55,283 nt of DNA from Phoronis australis (Eukaryota > Animalia > Phoronida), in the NCBI GenBank assembly GCA_002633005.1, contig NMRA01000714.1, positions 1 through 55,283 of the forward strand. Direction: 5' to 3'. The notes beneath the pieces were generated by a model. It was not told the origin of the DNA and searched no databases. It saw only the letters and a list, made by a program, of their open reading frames with translations. The position numbers were made by a program, and so were the translations under genes. Positions 23,959-36,059 of the stretch are shown here, in pieces. How positions within the stretch are numbered: the stretch's first letter is position 1; every line of letters starts with the position of its first letter.

Positions 23959-26900
23959 TAGTCGGTGGGCCAGATCTCATAGCGTTCATCCTTGTGAGTA
24001 CTTTGGGGGGGGGGGGACCTAGTTTTGTCTATGTGGCTAGATAATATACCTATAAATTAAATTCCAAAAAGTTCCCACGTCTACACTTGCACATTTTTTT
24101 AAAAAGGTGTTTTTGTTGCACAAAATATGATGCACATTCCTACCACTTGATGGCACTTTTCTATTGAATTGACCAATCAGAGAGCCAGATTGTATTGTTG
24201 TGCTTAGTTACTTCAATATGGCTGCTCCCATGGAGTGTGATGCCTGTATAATTCAATGTTTATCAAACAGCACAAAATTGTGATGTCAGAGCCTAAAGAA
24301 GCTTAGGGAAGCTTCCTGACGAAAGCTGATGGACTGTGGAACTCTGTAGATCAGTAGATCAAAAAGAAGAAGAGGTGTCACAAACGTTTGTGCAAAAAAC
24401 AGCTGGATGTCCTGGTATAGCCCACACACTTTACTCCTGAGTGCTGTAGACTAGAAGACCAAGTGTCAGACCAAAAAATTGAAAGGACATAGAACGACAT
24501 AGCAACGTTTCAAGGCACCAGCAGAAGTACTAAAGCTGAAGTTGCTGAAAGTGATACAGATTTTATCCAAGATTTCCCAAGAAAACCAATAATACTTCCA
24601 AAATCTGAAACACCCAATTAACCTGAACAAGATAGGAACATTCTGAAACATGAGTGCACCATTTGTTAACAGGAAAAGTATATTGTGGACCATATTTCAA
24701 GAAAGGGAAAGAAGTATAGCTTTCAAAAACAGGTACATCTTGGTACTTTCCATGTGTGTTTCAGTATTATCACCAGTTGTTTTTTTAACTTGTTCAGCCC
24801 ATTGGCTGCCTAGGCCTTAGACAATACCGCTGACCCAGTAGAGATGGTGGTCATACCATAGGTGCTCCATATGCCGGATGCTTTTCGGCAAATTATGTTC
24901 CGATAAGTTTAGAAGTACCATATAGAGAGATGCCTCTGAGGAAGTCGTTAATGTTTTCATTTGTTCCCAGTTTAAGCAAATACTTCTGCAATCCTGTTTT
25001 TCGAACACGCCATTGTTCAGTTGCCACATCGACACTGCTTGTGCTAAGGGATAATCATATGGCGTTATACTGTGCACTTAAAGTCAAAAAGTTTTGAGAA
25101 GGTTAAATAGAGTAGATGGTTGCAAACCACATGCCCAAGTGGCCGTCATCCCCTGCCGTAGTCCTGGGATAGGGGGAATCTCTTCTCAATTTCTTGTAAA
25201 CATTAATTACTTAGGTAGCTGCAATGATAATTAAATTAAAGTGCCTAAGTCGCATCGTCGCCGTCGTAATTTGAGGACGATGGAAGCCACTGTCCATTTC
25301 GTCAAAGGTCGATTACCTTAAGTGTAAATCGATTGACTGTGGTTTGAGCATCTGATTTAAAAAAACTAAATTTCAATCACTGCACTGGTATATCAGCTGA
25401 TTTATTTTCAGTTGCATCAAATAATCTAATTTTTAGACGATCAACATTTTTAGGCGACAGATCAGATGGCATGTAAATTTGTTAGGCTGGTGGTGGATCA
25501 GTTCCTGATAAGTCCATCTGAAAAAGTTGCATGCCAACTCACTTATAGTTGAATATTAAATTAGTGTTAACAGTTCGGGTTTTTTTTTTCAGTTGGACTT
25601 GTATCGCAAGCAACAGCTCAGTCCAGAGCCCTGAATACGCAAATGAAATTCAAAGATAAAGACCTTGTGTCTTAGAAGCCAAGTACCACAGATCATCATG
25701 CTATAAAAAATAGAAAGACGACTGTGAAGAATGACGAATCCGCAGTTTTCAGAGATGTTTTTCTACAGTTTTGTTTGGAGTTCATTGAATCAAAGCTTCT
25801 AACACATGAAGATGTCATTTGCCTTTCCAAACTTAAGCAAGACTTTGAAGCTGTTCTTCAGAAAGCTGGTGTGCATGAAGTTATTTGGACGGGCAATCTT
25901 AAGAAATATTGTTGAAGCTACTCACTATTGTAGTTTGTGCCCGACTAAGAGATACGAAAGTGAATTGAGGCTAGTGTTCAATAATTCACTTGCTGACTCG
26001 AATTAACACAGCTCATTATAACATATTTTGAATCAAACGTTTGCCCAAATCCTCCCCGCCTCCAAACGAGGACTTAGTGTTTGACCATTCATTGCCTGCT
26101 GGCCAATCACCAGTGTGCAGTGCTGTACCCTTTCTAATCGACCATAGTTGGCTCCTTGGCGGTGGAGCTTTGCAGTTAAAATGTATGGCAATGCCCGCAT
26201 CTCCATTGACAGTACTAAACGATGAACGCTGCAAGTGCAAAAAGAACATGTGTGCTGGGAAACTGAGTTTGTGCTGCAATGCTGGGTCAAACTGTACAGA
26301 AATGTGCAGCTGTGACAACTGTAGTAACATCAGCAACACTGTTTTGCATAACATTGGATAGTTCTTTGGCAAGTCAAGCCTAAATAGACCTCCAACCCTG
26401 TTGTTTCGTTTTTTGTAATATATTAAAAAAGTTAATTTTATTTGTTGATTAAGTCATAGAAAGTACATACTTTGATCATTGTCATGTATTTGTCTCATAC
26501 TGTTTGATAAACGCTGTCAGAATAATCTATTATTTTCATACAGTCTGTGTGCACATTCACAGAGATCATTCAATTATATTGTTTTTGTACTATAACGTAT
26601 TTCTGGTGTATTATGCAAACAAGTTGTATTTTACACCATTAGTCAATGTTTTAGTCATTGAGGCACAAATTGTGCCCTGTCTCAAGTGTTTTATGTTATT
26701 TTTGTTGCCAGACAATGCCAGAATAACTTCCTAGTAACATTCAGACTTAGTTTGCATTTTTGCCACTAGGCGTCTCTTTACATTTTTTAAATTTCACTGT
26801 TTACAATTAATCTACAAAAGTAAAACATGTAATATGAGTGTAATATTGTTTAATACAATGAAACTGGTGGGACCATATTACTTGTTTTACAAAAAAGTCA

Positions 26901-27126
26901 CCAAAACTGTTGTTTTTACAAATATAAGTTTACTAAGCTCTTTGGTGATTATTAGGTAACTTCATACTCAAATTTCTCCAAAATGTGCAACTTTATATGT
27001 GGAAACTTTTTAGATTTTAAAAACACTCTAATAAATGAATTAAAAAACACCAAAATAAAATTGCCCCCCTAAAGTACTCACAAAAACCATTTTCTAGAGG
27101 TCCTACAAATTCTGGCCCACCGACTA
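23959..27126 (+). mobile_element. Academ DNA transposon remnant
   Basis: Perfect 16 bp TIR TAGTCGGTGGGCCAGA plus a subterminal TTGTGAGTACTTT.GGGGG block. TAG..CTA termini. 3 bp TSD TTC at 23956-23958 and 27127-27129. Confidence 0.88.
25595..26361 (+). pseudogene. Fragments of an Academ transposase: N-terminal EAKYH motif fused by deletion to the C-terminal Cys-rich zinc finger
   Basis: KDLV(S)LEAKYHRSSCYKK at ~25657-25710, and PPPNED...DHSW...MPASPLTVL..RCKCKKNMC...CCNAGSNCTEMCSCDNCSN at 26041-26340. The central catalytic region is absent. Confidence 0.75.
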
Positions 27127-30100
27127 TTCCCCCAGCACCACTTGTGTAGTCAGAATTATTCAACAGAGGTTGCCAAACTTGAAATTGTTGGCGACCAATG
27201 ATTGACTGTAATGAGAGGCAACCTGGAGGCACTGCATGAACAGGGGACAGGGACAGAGGAGCTAGGCAAGCGCAAAACTTAAATGAGTTTCTATCAGGGA
27301 TGTTGTGCGCCCTAAGGCTATGTTAATTCCCAGACTTAGTAGTCCAGTCTATTCTTAAACTAGAGCATATTTCTAATCAACACATCAGAAAAATAAAGTT
27401 CCTTATGTTAGACAAATTTCTTAGCATGTTGTGTGTTTTGTAGCTTATGAGTGTAATATTTCTAGGAACACATTAATGATGACACGGTTTTTAATTTTGA
27501 GTCAACGTGAGGGTGTTTGCCAGTGCGAATGTTCTCAAGCATTTCACACTGCTCAACTCTTGCCACGAGGAGGCCCCCTCAATAAGAGTCAAATTTGTAA
27601 TTTTGAAAAACTTTTCGAAAAGACCGAAATTTTGACTAAAATCACTGCTGTATTATGTAGATCATAACCACAAGAATGAAACACTAGCATGTTGCTAAAA
27701 ACACTGAGTAAAGCATAATGGTAATAGCCACATACAGGGGACCCCCACTTTGAGAACCAGTGTTTTCTATTGCATAACAAGAACCAGTTTTTCAGTGAGT
27801 AGCAGGCGTTAAAACTTGTTCTCAAAATGCGGATTGCCAGTGACTATTGCCTGGATAACAATCCAACCCATCTAACACAAAAGAAACCGTCGATTTCGGT
27901 TAAGTGACCCAACTTAAAATCTTTGAAGTACCCTGACCTCCCAATTTTGAAATGTGAGATGTTTTTGCAACTAGTCATTTCAACGAACCAGGTTTTTAAA
28001 GTTCGCTTGCTTACAAAGTCTAACTCCAGGATGCTTTAATTACAGCGAACCATAGTAGTTTCTGAATGTTTTAGAATGGTTCTGGTTTTGCAATTAGACT
28101 GAAATTAATAGATGATTATTGCAACATGCAACACTTGACATCATGTGAACGTGGAAAACAAAAAATGAAACAGTGAAGGAGAGAGAGGACACTTGCATAG
28201 ATTGCATATGACCAAATGTGCGCCTCTCACCAGTGACTCAGGCATTGCAAAAGTCACAATGAAAGGGCGAATTTCCAAATAAAAGATCCACACAAAAATA
28301 TTTACTTTTAGGTTCGAACTGTATAAAATGATCCACTTTTGCACTAAAACCACTGAATGTTTCATATACAACTGAGGCTTCTTGAGTTAAAAAGAATACA
28401 GTCCAGCTTTTTGCTGAAATTCAATTCCCTGTAAATAATCCCTTTGCATAATTATGTTATCAGAAAATTTGACTATTCCACTGCGGCTCTAACCAAAAGG
28501 GGTCAGTTTTAATGACTGTGCCAACTCACAAAAGGGTGAGGTTTTATCTTGCTGATTATACTGAAGAGTGGGTATAATCCTAATTTCACAGCAACAAACA
28601 CCCTCCGAAATAATTGGACACTCCGTACCACTGTATGATGGCAGTCATTGCTGAATGGCATCGCCAAAAGCGATAATGTCAGTCATTATAAAACTATTGC
28701 AAGACTACTTAATGTTTGTGTGTTTATGATCATTGACTGCATTTTTATGCTCCTAACTTCTGTTGGTAGTGACAAGTGTGCCAGTCTACTATGCAATGAC
28801 AATGAATAATAGCAGAATTTCAGCATATATCCTTCTGACCCACCAGTTCAACCTTCACGGCATTCACGGGAGCTTAACGTACATGAACACGTCAACATAC
28901 GAGAGGGTGTGCGCTGAAAAGATAGAGACAATCTCCCGTGGCCGCGACGCACTCAGCTACTCCTTTCCCACTATTCGGTGCTATTGTGTGCCTAAATTAA
29001 AAATGACTGTTGACTGTTGTGTTGAGTGTTGTTGTGGGTGGCCTAATTTCTTCCACAAATTCCTTCGTAAAAAGTCACATCACTTCAGAATCCAGCATAG
29101 TATACAAGATAATTATTATAAAATGTTTCTTATACGTTACTGGTGATGTATTCCTTGACTCGTTAGCTTTGAAATGCGGGAGTTTGACGAAAACAGAGAG
29201 ATTTAAGGGCTGTAAATCCATCGACATTCTTTTACTGGAAGTCGCCATGTTGGTAAACTAGTTTGACCTATTATACAACTGACCAATAGAATGCCTTGTT
29301 TCTTGAAATCGGAACAGCCAATGATATTCCAAGAATGCGGATGGAAAAGCGCCCTGTAGCAGACCCCAACCAACCTCGAGGGTCTATGCAGGAGACTAAG
29401 GTATAAATTCGTCATTTTCCGAAGTAAACAATCACACGTGCTTCAGTCGAACTTCTGAGCAGGTAGTATGCAATGGCGGATTTTTTCAAAGTACGCGCGA
29501 GAAGTGCCAAGCTGTGGATAGGTGTGGCAACACGGCAGTCGCCCACCGTGCATGGACGAGTGTGTAAGCACCAATCTGTTTCGTTAGTTTCCCGACTGGC
29601 CTGGACACGAAACTCGGAAGAGAGGTGGACTCGAGTTAAATTCGACACCCTCCACTACCCAGCCAAGCTCAAGCGATTAGAGGTAAGTACTAAAGTAGAC
29701 ATGACTGGATACAATCAGAGAATGGTGTGCATTTTAACGTATTACTTCTTGTGCGTTAGGTCTACTATTTTTGTTATGGGTCGAAAATAAGTTGAATTGC
29801 ATGTGAAATTATTACAGGCCTTCCCCTCAATTGTTTCTCGCAAGTCCGTTCCCATGTAAGTAGGCCTTCTCCTAGGCAACACGTAGCCCCTCGGCTGGCT
29901 GGGTACTGGATAGGAGCTACAATTCTCACCGTAGTTTTCTGTAGGCCTACTATATTCGTCCCGACCGTGTATTTTACACGAGGGGGTAGGTGAAATCCGC
30001 CTAAATGACGAAGAGGTTTTCATATCGACAAAAATGCATTTTGCACTAAAAATTTTCACTTGAAAAATCGCTTGCTTTCGTCAACGATCCTTTCTGGTTC

Positions 30101-30185
30101 TGTACATATCTTCCATGAAGCATGTTTGTAGGAAGTAAGATGACTTTGGCGACGAATTCGAACTCCACTTTTTAGTCGCCGTTAA

Positions 30186-31829
30186 GGTCCTTCTCTCAGG
30201 CGTTGTTAACCCTTATTACATGGTTAGAAGATGTTATAAGGAACCAAGAAGTACCTACGCCATAACTAATACACGATCCGTACTCGAAAACAGTTTAAAT
30301 GAACGCGCTACTCACGATTCGCAAACGAAGAAACATCGCCATTTTGAACATGCCGCGAACCCGGAAGTACAATTCATTCAGGAACCCAGTCCGAGAAAAC
30401 GCCGTAAGTGCGACTGGAGCAGTGCCTGTACTGCAGCCAGCAAACGGGGATCAAAAAATCGACAGCGCGCCTTAATTTTGATAAAATCAAAAGACGGACA
30501 ATTTTATGGAATTTGCTGAAGAAATGTGGCGAATAAATTTTGACAGAAATTATTTTGCCAGACTCGGGACCGCAGCCTATCGGACCCGGTGCGGATCGGG
30601 ACCAAACACTGGCGAACGGTAAATGTATGCGGTTGCAAGCTGTTTTGTCGAAGTAAAATGGTTAAATTGTAAATGCTGCATATATTCAAGGGTAGTTTCA
30701 GCATGAAATTACGGGCTGGTTAGTCCTGTGTCACACTGCCGCGGCAGACCTTAGTTAGCCTCTGTCACCAGCCACCAGTGAAGACTATCATCAAAATACA
30801 GCTTGTTAGTAGGCCTATACATGTACAGCTTTGCGCCAAGACTACCATTAGGCCTAACTGCTCGCTGGCCACAAACACAAAAAACACAAAAATTGAACAA
30901 AGTTTCTTTTTTGTAGCAACGTTTGTCAAAATGTATCAACGTTAAATCTTCACAAATTACAAAGTAGCCGATTGAACGTGCCTTTCAGTTCAGCAAAAGT
31001 CGACATTGTAGGTGCCGCCAGAAATGAGACGAAGTCCAACGGGAATTGTGAGCACATTATGAGTAACAACTGCGAGGCTGAAATTTGGTGAACACTGCTA
31101 AATCGTGCGGAATAGTAAGTAAAGATATGTCTAACTAAATTTCACCGTAATTTGTTGGCGAAAACAATTTACACAAAGTTTTAAACTCGTAACTCATCCC
31201 GCTGTCCTCCAATATGGCCGACGCGATCCAAACAAAGTGACCAAAATTTCGTAACAAAACTTGCAATAACTTTAAAGTGCTTGCCCCAATTTTGATACTT
31301 TTTCGATTTTTACTGAGTAGAATTTACTACCTTTCGGATGATAGCAAAGTACTTTTTCAAAACGAGGAAAAAAATAAAACCGAAAAAAATTGGTTCGACC
31401 CATATTGGTTCCTAGGTTCGACCGGCCTACATAAGGAACTAAACACCAATGCTATTCTAACATACTAAGTACGCGTAACATTCCAAAAAATCAACGACCA
31501 CTAACTACAAACTATAAATACACTACATATGCAAGCCAATCACGATATATTACTAATAAAACAAAATAATGAAGACTTTTTGAGCAAGCCATAGCACATT
31601 CAGTTACAAGGAAAAATGGCGGCGTTCAGGACAAGTTCCTGAACTGATGAGCCGGAAATGTGGGTTCGGAAATAAACGATGACAACCGGCAATCATACGC
31701 TCAGAGAGAAGGGTCAGATACTGTTAAAAATCGCTTTTGGCAAGAAAGGCGAAAAGAATATAAAGAAAGGGTGTCGAAAATAAGAATTTATGTGGCAAGT
31801 ATTTTCGGATACTGGAACTACATGGGCAG
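30186..31829 (+). mobile_element. Non-autonomous Kolobok-type element, copy 1
   Basis: Starts TTAA|GGTCCTTCTC and is colinear with 36060-38791. The last ~4 bp of the right terminus are missing. Confidence 0.72.
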
Positions 31830-31855
31830 TTTGCAAGAACGGGAGGCTGTATAGG

Positions 31856-32943
31856 CCCATTACTCCGAAGGTTCGTTATCTTCTAAAGATCACTACTTTG
31901 AATTTCCACTATTCCAAACCCTGGGCCCGGTCCTAATCTTTGTACTCAAAACGAACTGAAAATTATTTTTGGCAATTTCTCTGCTCCTTTTGTGCGAACT
32001 CAAGATAAGTGGTTATCAGATTGTGCTCGAATAATTATAGTTCATGCATATGAGTTTCTAGTCCAAGTTTGCACTTAAAAACCCTGATATGCGTGCTACA
32101 AACTCGAGTAAAAACTCGAATTTTCGAGTTTAAACTCAAACTCTTAGCTTTAATGTTGGATTTGTCAACAGCGAACTAGGACTAATCAATCATCCACGTA
32201 AGTCATTATGTATTCGAGCATTAAGTAATGGACACTTATCTTGAGTTCGCACAAAAGTAGATTAAAAAATGCCAAACATGATTTCGAGTTCCATTTCGAG
32301 TAAAAAGATTCGAGACTGGGCCCAGAATTCCGACAGTTCACTACTTTGGTTGTGTGATCACGACTCATTCTCAAGCAGAGACAACATCTGGGGCACGGCT
32401 GCGGCGACCAACGAAGAAGACTAAATGGGACTCCCTGACTTCGTGAGGACTGGCAGGGACAGGGTGGCCTAGTAACTTCATTTAATTTCGACCAGGCTGT
32501 GTGCGTCGCGCTGCGATTCGATCTTGACATGGATTTGATGACTTGTGTCATGGCTGATAATTCATCAGTATTCCTACTATATCATTTTAAAATGCAAGTG
32601 CGTACTCATTTTAAGACATGCGGGCAATTTCGCATGTGCATGAAATCTGACTACGTTTCTGGTTGTGTTGGCCAGCTGGAGACGGTGGTCACTGTCTACA
32701 TAAAATCTAAAGTGTTTTAGTGCCCGGGCGTTGTTTTTGGTATAGGTGCATCTAATAGCTGAAACATCGTTCATTTTAGCATGTAAAAGTTTAAAAATTA
32801 CATCTGAGTCTGAAAGTTTAGATATTTTGGAGCGGTGAATCTTCGAAGTGGTGAATCGTTGAAGTAGTGAACCTTCAGAATAGTCAGTGAACCTTCAGAA
32901 TAGCCAGTGAACCTTCCGAGTAGTAAACTTTCGAAATAGTGGG
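31856..32943. mobile_element. MITE with ends built of ~19 bp repeats
   Basis: CCCATTACTCCGAAGGTTC-type repeats on the left; inverted GTGAACCTTCAGAATAG repeats at ~32835-32943 ending TAGTGGG. Confidence 0.55.
31921..32325. mobile_element. PIF/Harbinger-like MITE nested in the previous element
   Basis: CTGGGCCCGGTC...GACTGGGCCCAG ends with ~100 bp imperfect TIRs (CTTTTGTGCGAACTCAAGATAAGTG and its reverse complement). Related copy at 45945-46307. Confidence 0.65.
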
Positions 32944-33499
32944 ATGTTCCCATTTCCAGCGATGTAAGCAACTTAAGTAACACGCTAAAATACAACCAGA
33001 TATACAATTTTGTTAAGTCATTCGCCAAGTAGACTTCACATTTCCGTCTGAGTATGCAATGAGGTGTAATCACTCATTTAAGCATGGCTGATTTGAAACT
33101 CGGCAGGAAATAACGCGAGAGTGTTCTCTTTTTGGACCACATTACATCCTAATTTGTGTCCCGTTCTTTGCGAGCAACCGTCACAGCATCCTCGTATCTG
33201 GTATTACAAATTCCTTCTCATCTCATGAACATGAGTCGTCATCATGTATACAGATTTCCCTTCCCCTAATTAAGCTGCGTAAAAGGCATCACCGAAAACT
33301 CTACAGTGTCGAAGTTTGCAAAATACCAAGATCCACCGTTCTTGAAATTTGAACCACCCTCGCTCAATGCTGGCTACGGGCCTAAATAGGATATATTCAT
33401 TTGAGTAGAGAGATAGGGGCGTCTAAAGTCGCCCCTAGATCGACCAAACCTCTGCTCGCTCCTGCCCCACCGCTAAAAATGTCTGTAAAGTATCTTTTT

Positions 33500-34330
33500 T
33501 GCATGCAGAATGTTGCTCGACATTATGCAAATGGTTTCAAGCTGTTACCTGGCGGGTTGATCTAGCTCAACTCAGGTACTTGGGCGTGTCTGGCGAGGAT
33601 AACCCACCACTATATTTGTCTGGTAGTATTTAATCGTGATACCTGGGCTTACGGCGAATATTTTGAAACTGGTTTTATGTTGTTACCTCAGGGTTGATCT
33701 AGCTCAATTCATGTATTTGGGCGTGTCTGGCGGGGCTAACCCACCACTAGATTTGTCTGGCAGTGTTGATTCGTGATACCTGGGCTTACGGTGAATATTT
33801 TGTAACTAGTTTTAGGCGGTTACCTCTTGGGTTGATCTAGCTCAATTTTTAACCCTTTTTGATAATCGTCTGGCAGGGCCACCCCACCACTGAAATTTTC
33901 TGGCATCTAACTGTTGTTCCATGTTCAGTGATGCTGAACATCGTGCAATTGGTTTCAAACGGTTACCTGATGGGTTGATCTAGCTCAATTCTGGTATTTG
34001 GGCGTGTCTGGCGGGGGGAACCCACCACTAGATTTGTCTGGCAGTGTTCATTCGTGATACCTGGGCTTACGGTGAATATTTTGCGACTGCTTTCAAACGG
34101 TTACCTCTTGGATTGATCTAGCTCAATTTTTGTACCCTGTATATGTTCGTCTGGCGGGTACTCCCCACCACTGAAATTGTCTGGCAGTGACCAATTTTGA
34201 TACAATGGATGACGTAGCAGGTATTGAAGGCAGTTTTAAGTGGTTACCAGAAAAGTTGATCTAGCTCAATTTTTTTAGTGTAATTCTCTTGGTTCCCCTG
34301 ACCACACCCACCAGAGCGAACCTGCCAGAC
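33500..34330. repeat. ~140 bp tandem repeat x6 with 281 bp higher-order periodicity
   Basis: TTGATCTAGCTCAA at ~33557, 33694, 33832, 33975, 34113 and 34256 (spacings 137, 138, 143, 138, 143). Confidence 0.92.
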
Positions 34331-36059
34331 GGCCATTTCCAAGCATCAGGATACCCCTAGAGCACTGTGGCACCAAAGAAAATTGGTTACCTTTTCAAGC
34401 CCAAAAAAGCTCTGGGATCCCGGTCTAATAACCACTGACTAATTCAATTGACGTCACTTGAGTTAGGCAAGGACAGGCGCGAGACTGAAAGAAGCACGTG
34501 ACCTGGCGCGTGACCTGACGCGTGCCACTTGGAAAAATATCATGGGACCTTCCGCACATACCAGGTGGAATTTTTAAGATTCGTGACCCGTGGACTCTTT
34601 GTAACTCAACACGCGTGATTTCACGTAACTTCCTCGAAATTCAGGGCGATGTAATTACCTATCCTACCTTCTAACGACTGATGTTTTTGAGAGTTCGATT
34701 TTAAGCTGAATTCATGATTGAGGAGATTTGGTGAGGGTGGGGTGTTTGTGTGATTACCCCGAATAGAATTTCACAGGCTTCAATAACTGCATTCAAAAGT
34801 GATGAAACCATTGACGTTAAAAAAAGTTACAGTCTTAGTTGTTTTAACTTATATTTTTCCTCGTATAGACTTACTGTTTGATACTTGCCTTTGAGGAAAA
34901 GTGAATGGGGATTTCAACATGCGTAACACACCTGCAAGTCGGGTATGCGTTTTGAATTCTAACTTTGTATGCCTTTTTTCAGTCAATGGAATTGTCAAAG
35001 TGAAAGACAGTCCTCCCAGTGAAAAACATTTGCCGATGGTGACACAGTGAACTACTTAACATGAGATGGAGAACAAACAAGGATTATAAAATACGTGAAT
35101 GTCTTTATGTGAGAAATAGCTAAAGAAGACTTAGGATTGATACAATGCGAGGACATAATGCCAGGTACAAACATCAGTTCACAGTTCTCGTCACATTGGG
35201 TTAATTACTGCATACCCTGCAATAGTTCTAAAGAACATGCAAAATTTTGAGAACCAATTTGATAACATTTGTTCAGTGAAGAAAACTGGTTTTCAAAATG
35301 TAGGCATGCTATATACCACTTACGGTTGCGGCAGTGCCTTGCTGTATGCTTGGTGCTAGTTTTGAGTTGTGGTATAGACAAGTGGTATACAAACACTGTT
35401 ATTTAAACTTTGCTTCAGTTTTGTAAATGAAAGTTACCTGATTTTTTTCATTTATTTCTTTGTTGAAAATTTCAGTTTTAAGTTCAAACTTGTGGTTGTC
35501 CATCTGTATGTCGCACAGTGCCATTGGCTTGATTTTTGTACCCCACAGCGCGATGTGGGAAACATAGTATTCACAAGGTCTGTGTGCGTGTCACACATTG
35601 TCGTTGGTATGACATCTCAAAAGGGAATCTGATTTTTCTCATTTATTAATTGCACTGAGATGTGGGTGGGATATCTCCAAGCGCCATTTGATAGTGTTTT
35701 GAATAGGGATTCTGCCATGCTCTTAACTTCCTTGTATTTTTACAAACATTATTAATAGTTGAGTTTCGTGAAGCAGTTGCTAGGCTTATTTTTTATATCA
35801 GGCTGTGCTCATTTATTTTTGGTGTGATCCTCAGGTTCATTTCTATTGTAGAGAACCAGGCCAATGACTTGTTGCTATTTGTTTTGTAATTAATCTCAAC
35901 TTCAACAAGTGTTGTATGATATTAAAAGGTGTTTTATAAAGTATATTATTGTAAATACTTCATTGATATTTAGACTCATTGTGCAAGATGCACATACAAT
36001 ACTGATGTTTAGTGTATACTTTGTTTCAGTAATTATTACCCAGTAAGTAATATTATTAG

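Noticed and set aside
33500-34330. CRISPR-like array (conserved blocks with variable intervals)
   Set aside because: The intervals are homologous to each other rather than unique spacers, there are no cas genes, and the context is eukaryotic.
33405-34430. TAG..CTA Academ-type TIRs around the 140 bp satellite
   Set aside because: Only about 6 of 7 terminal bases match and no TSD was found.
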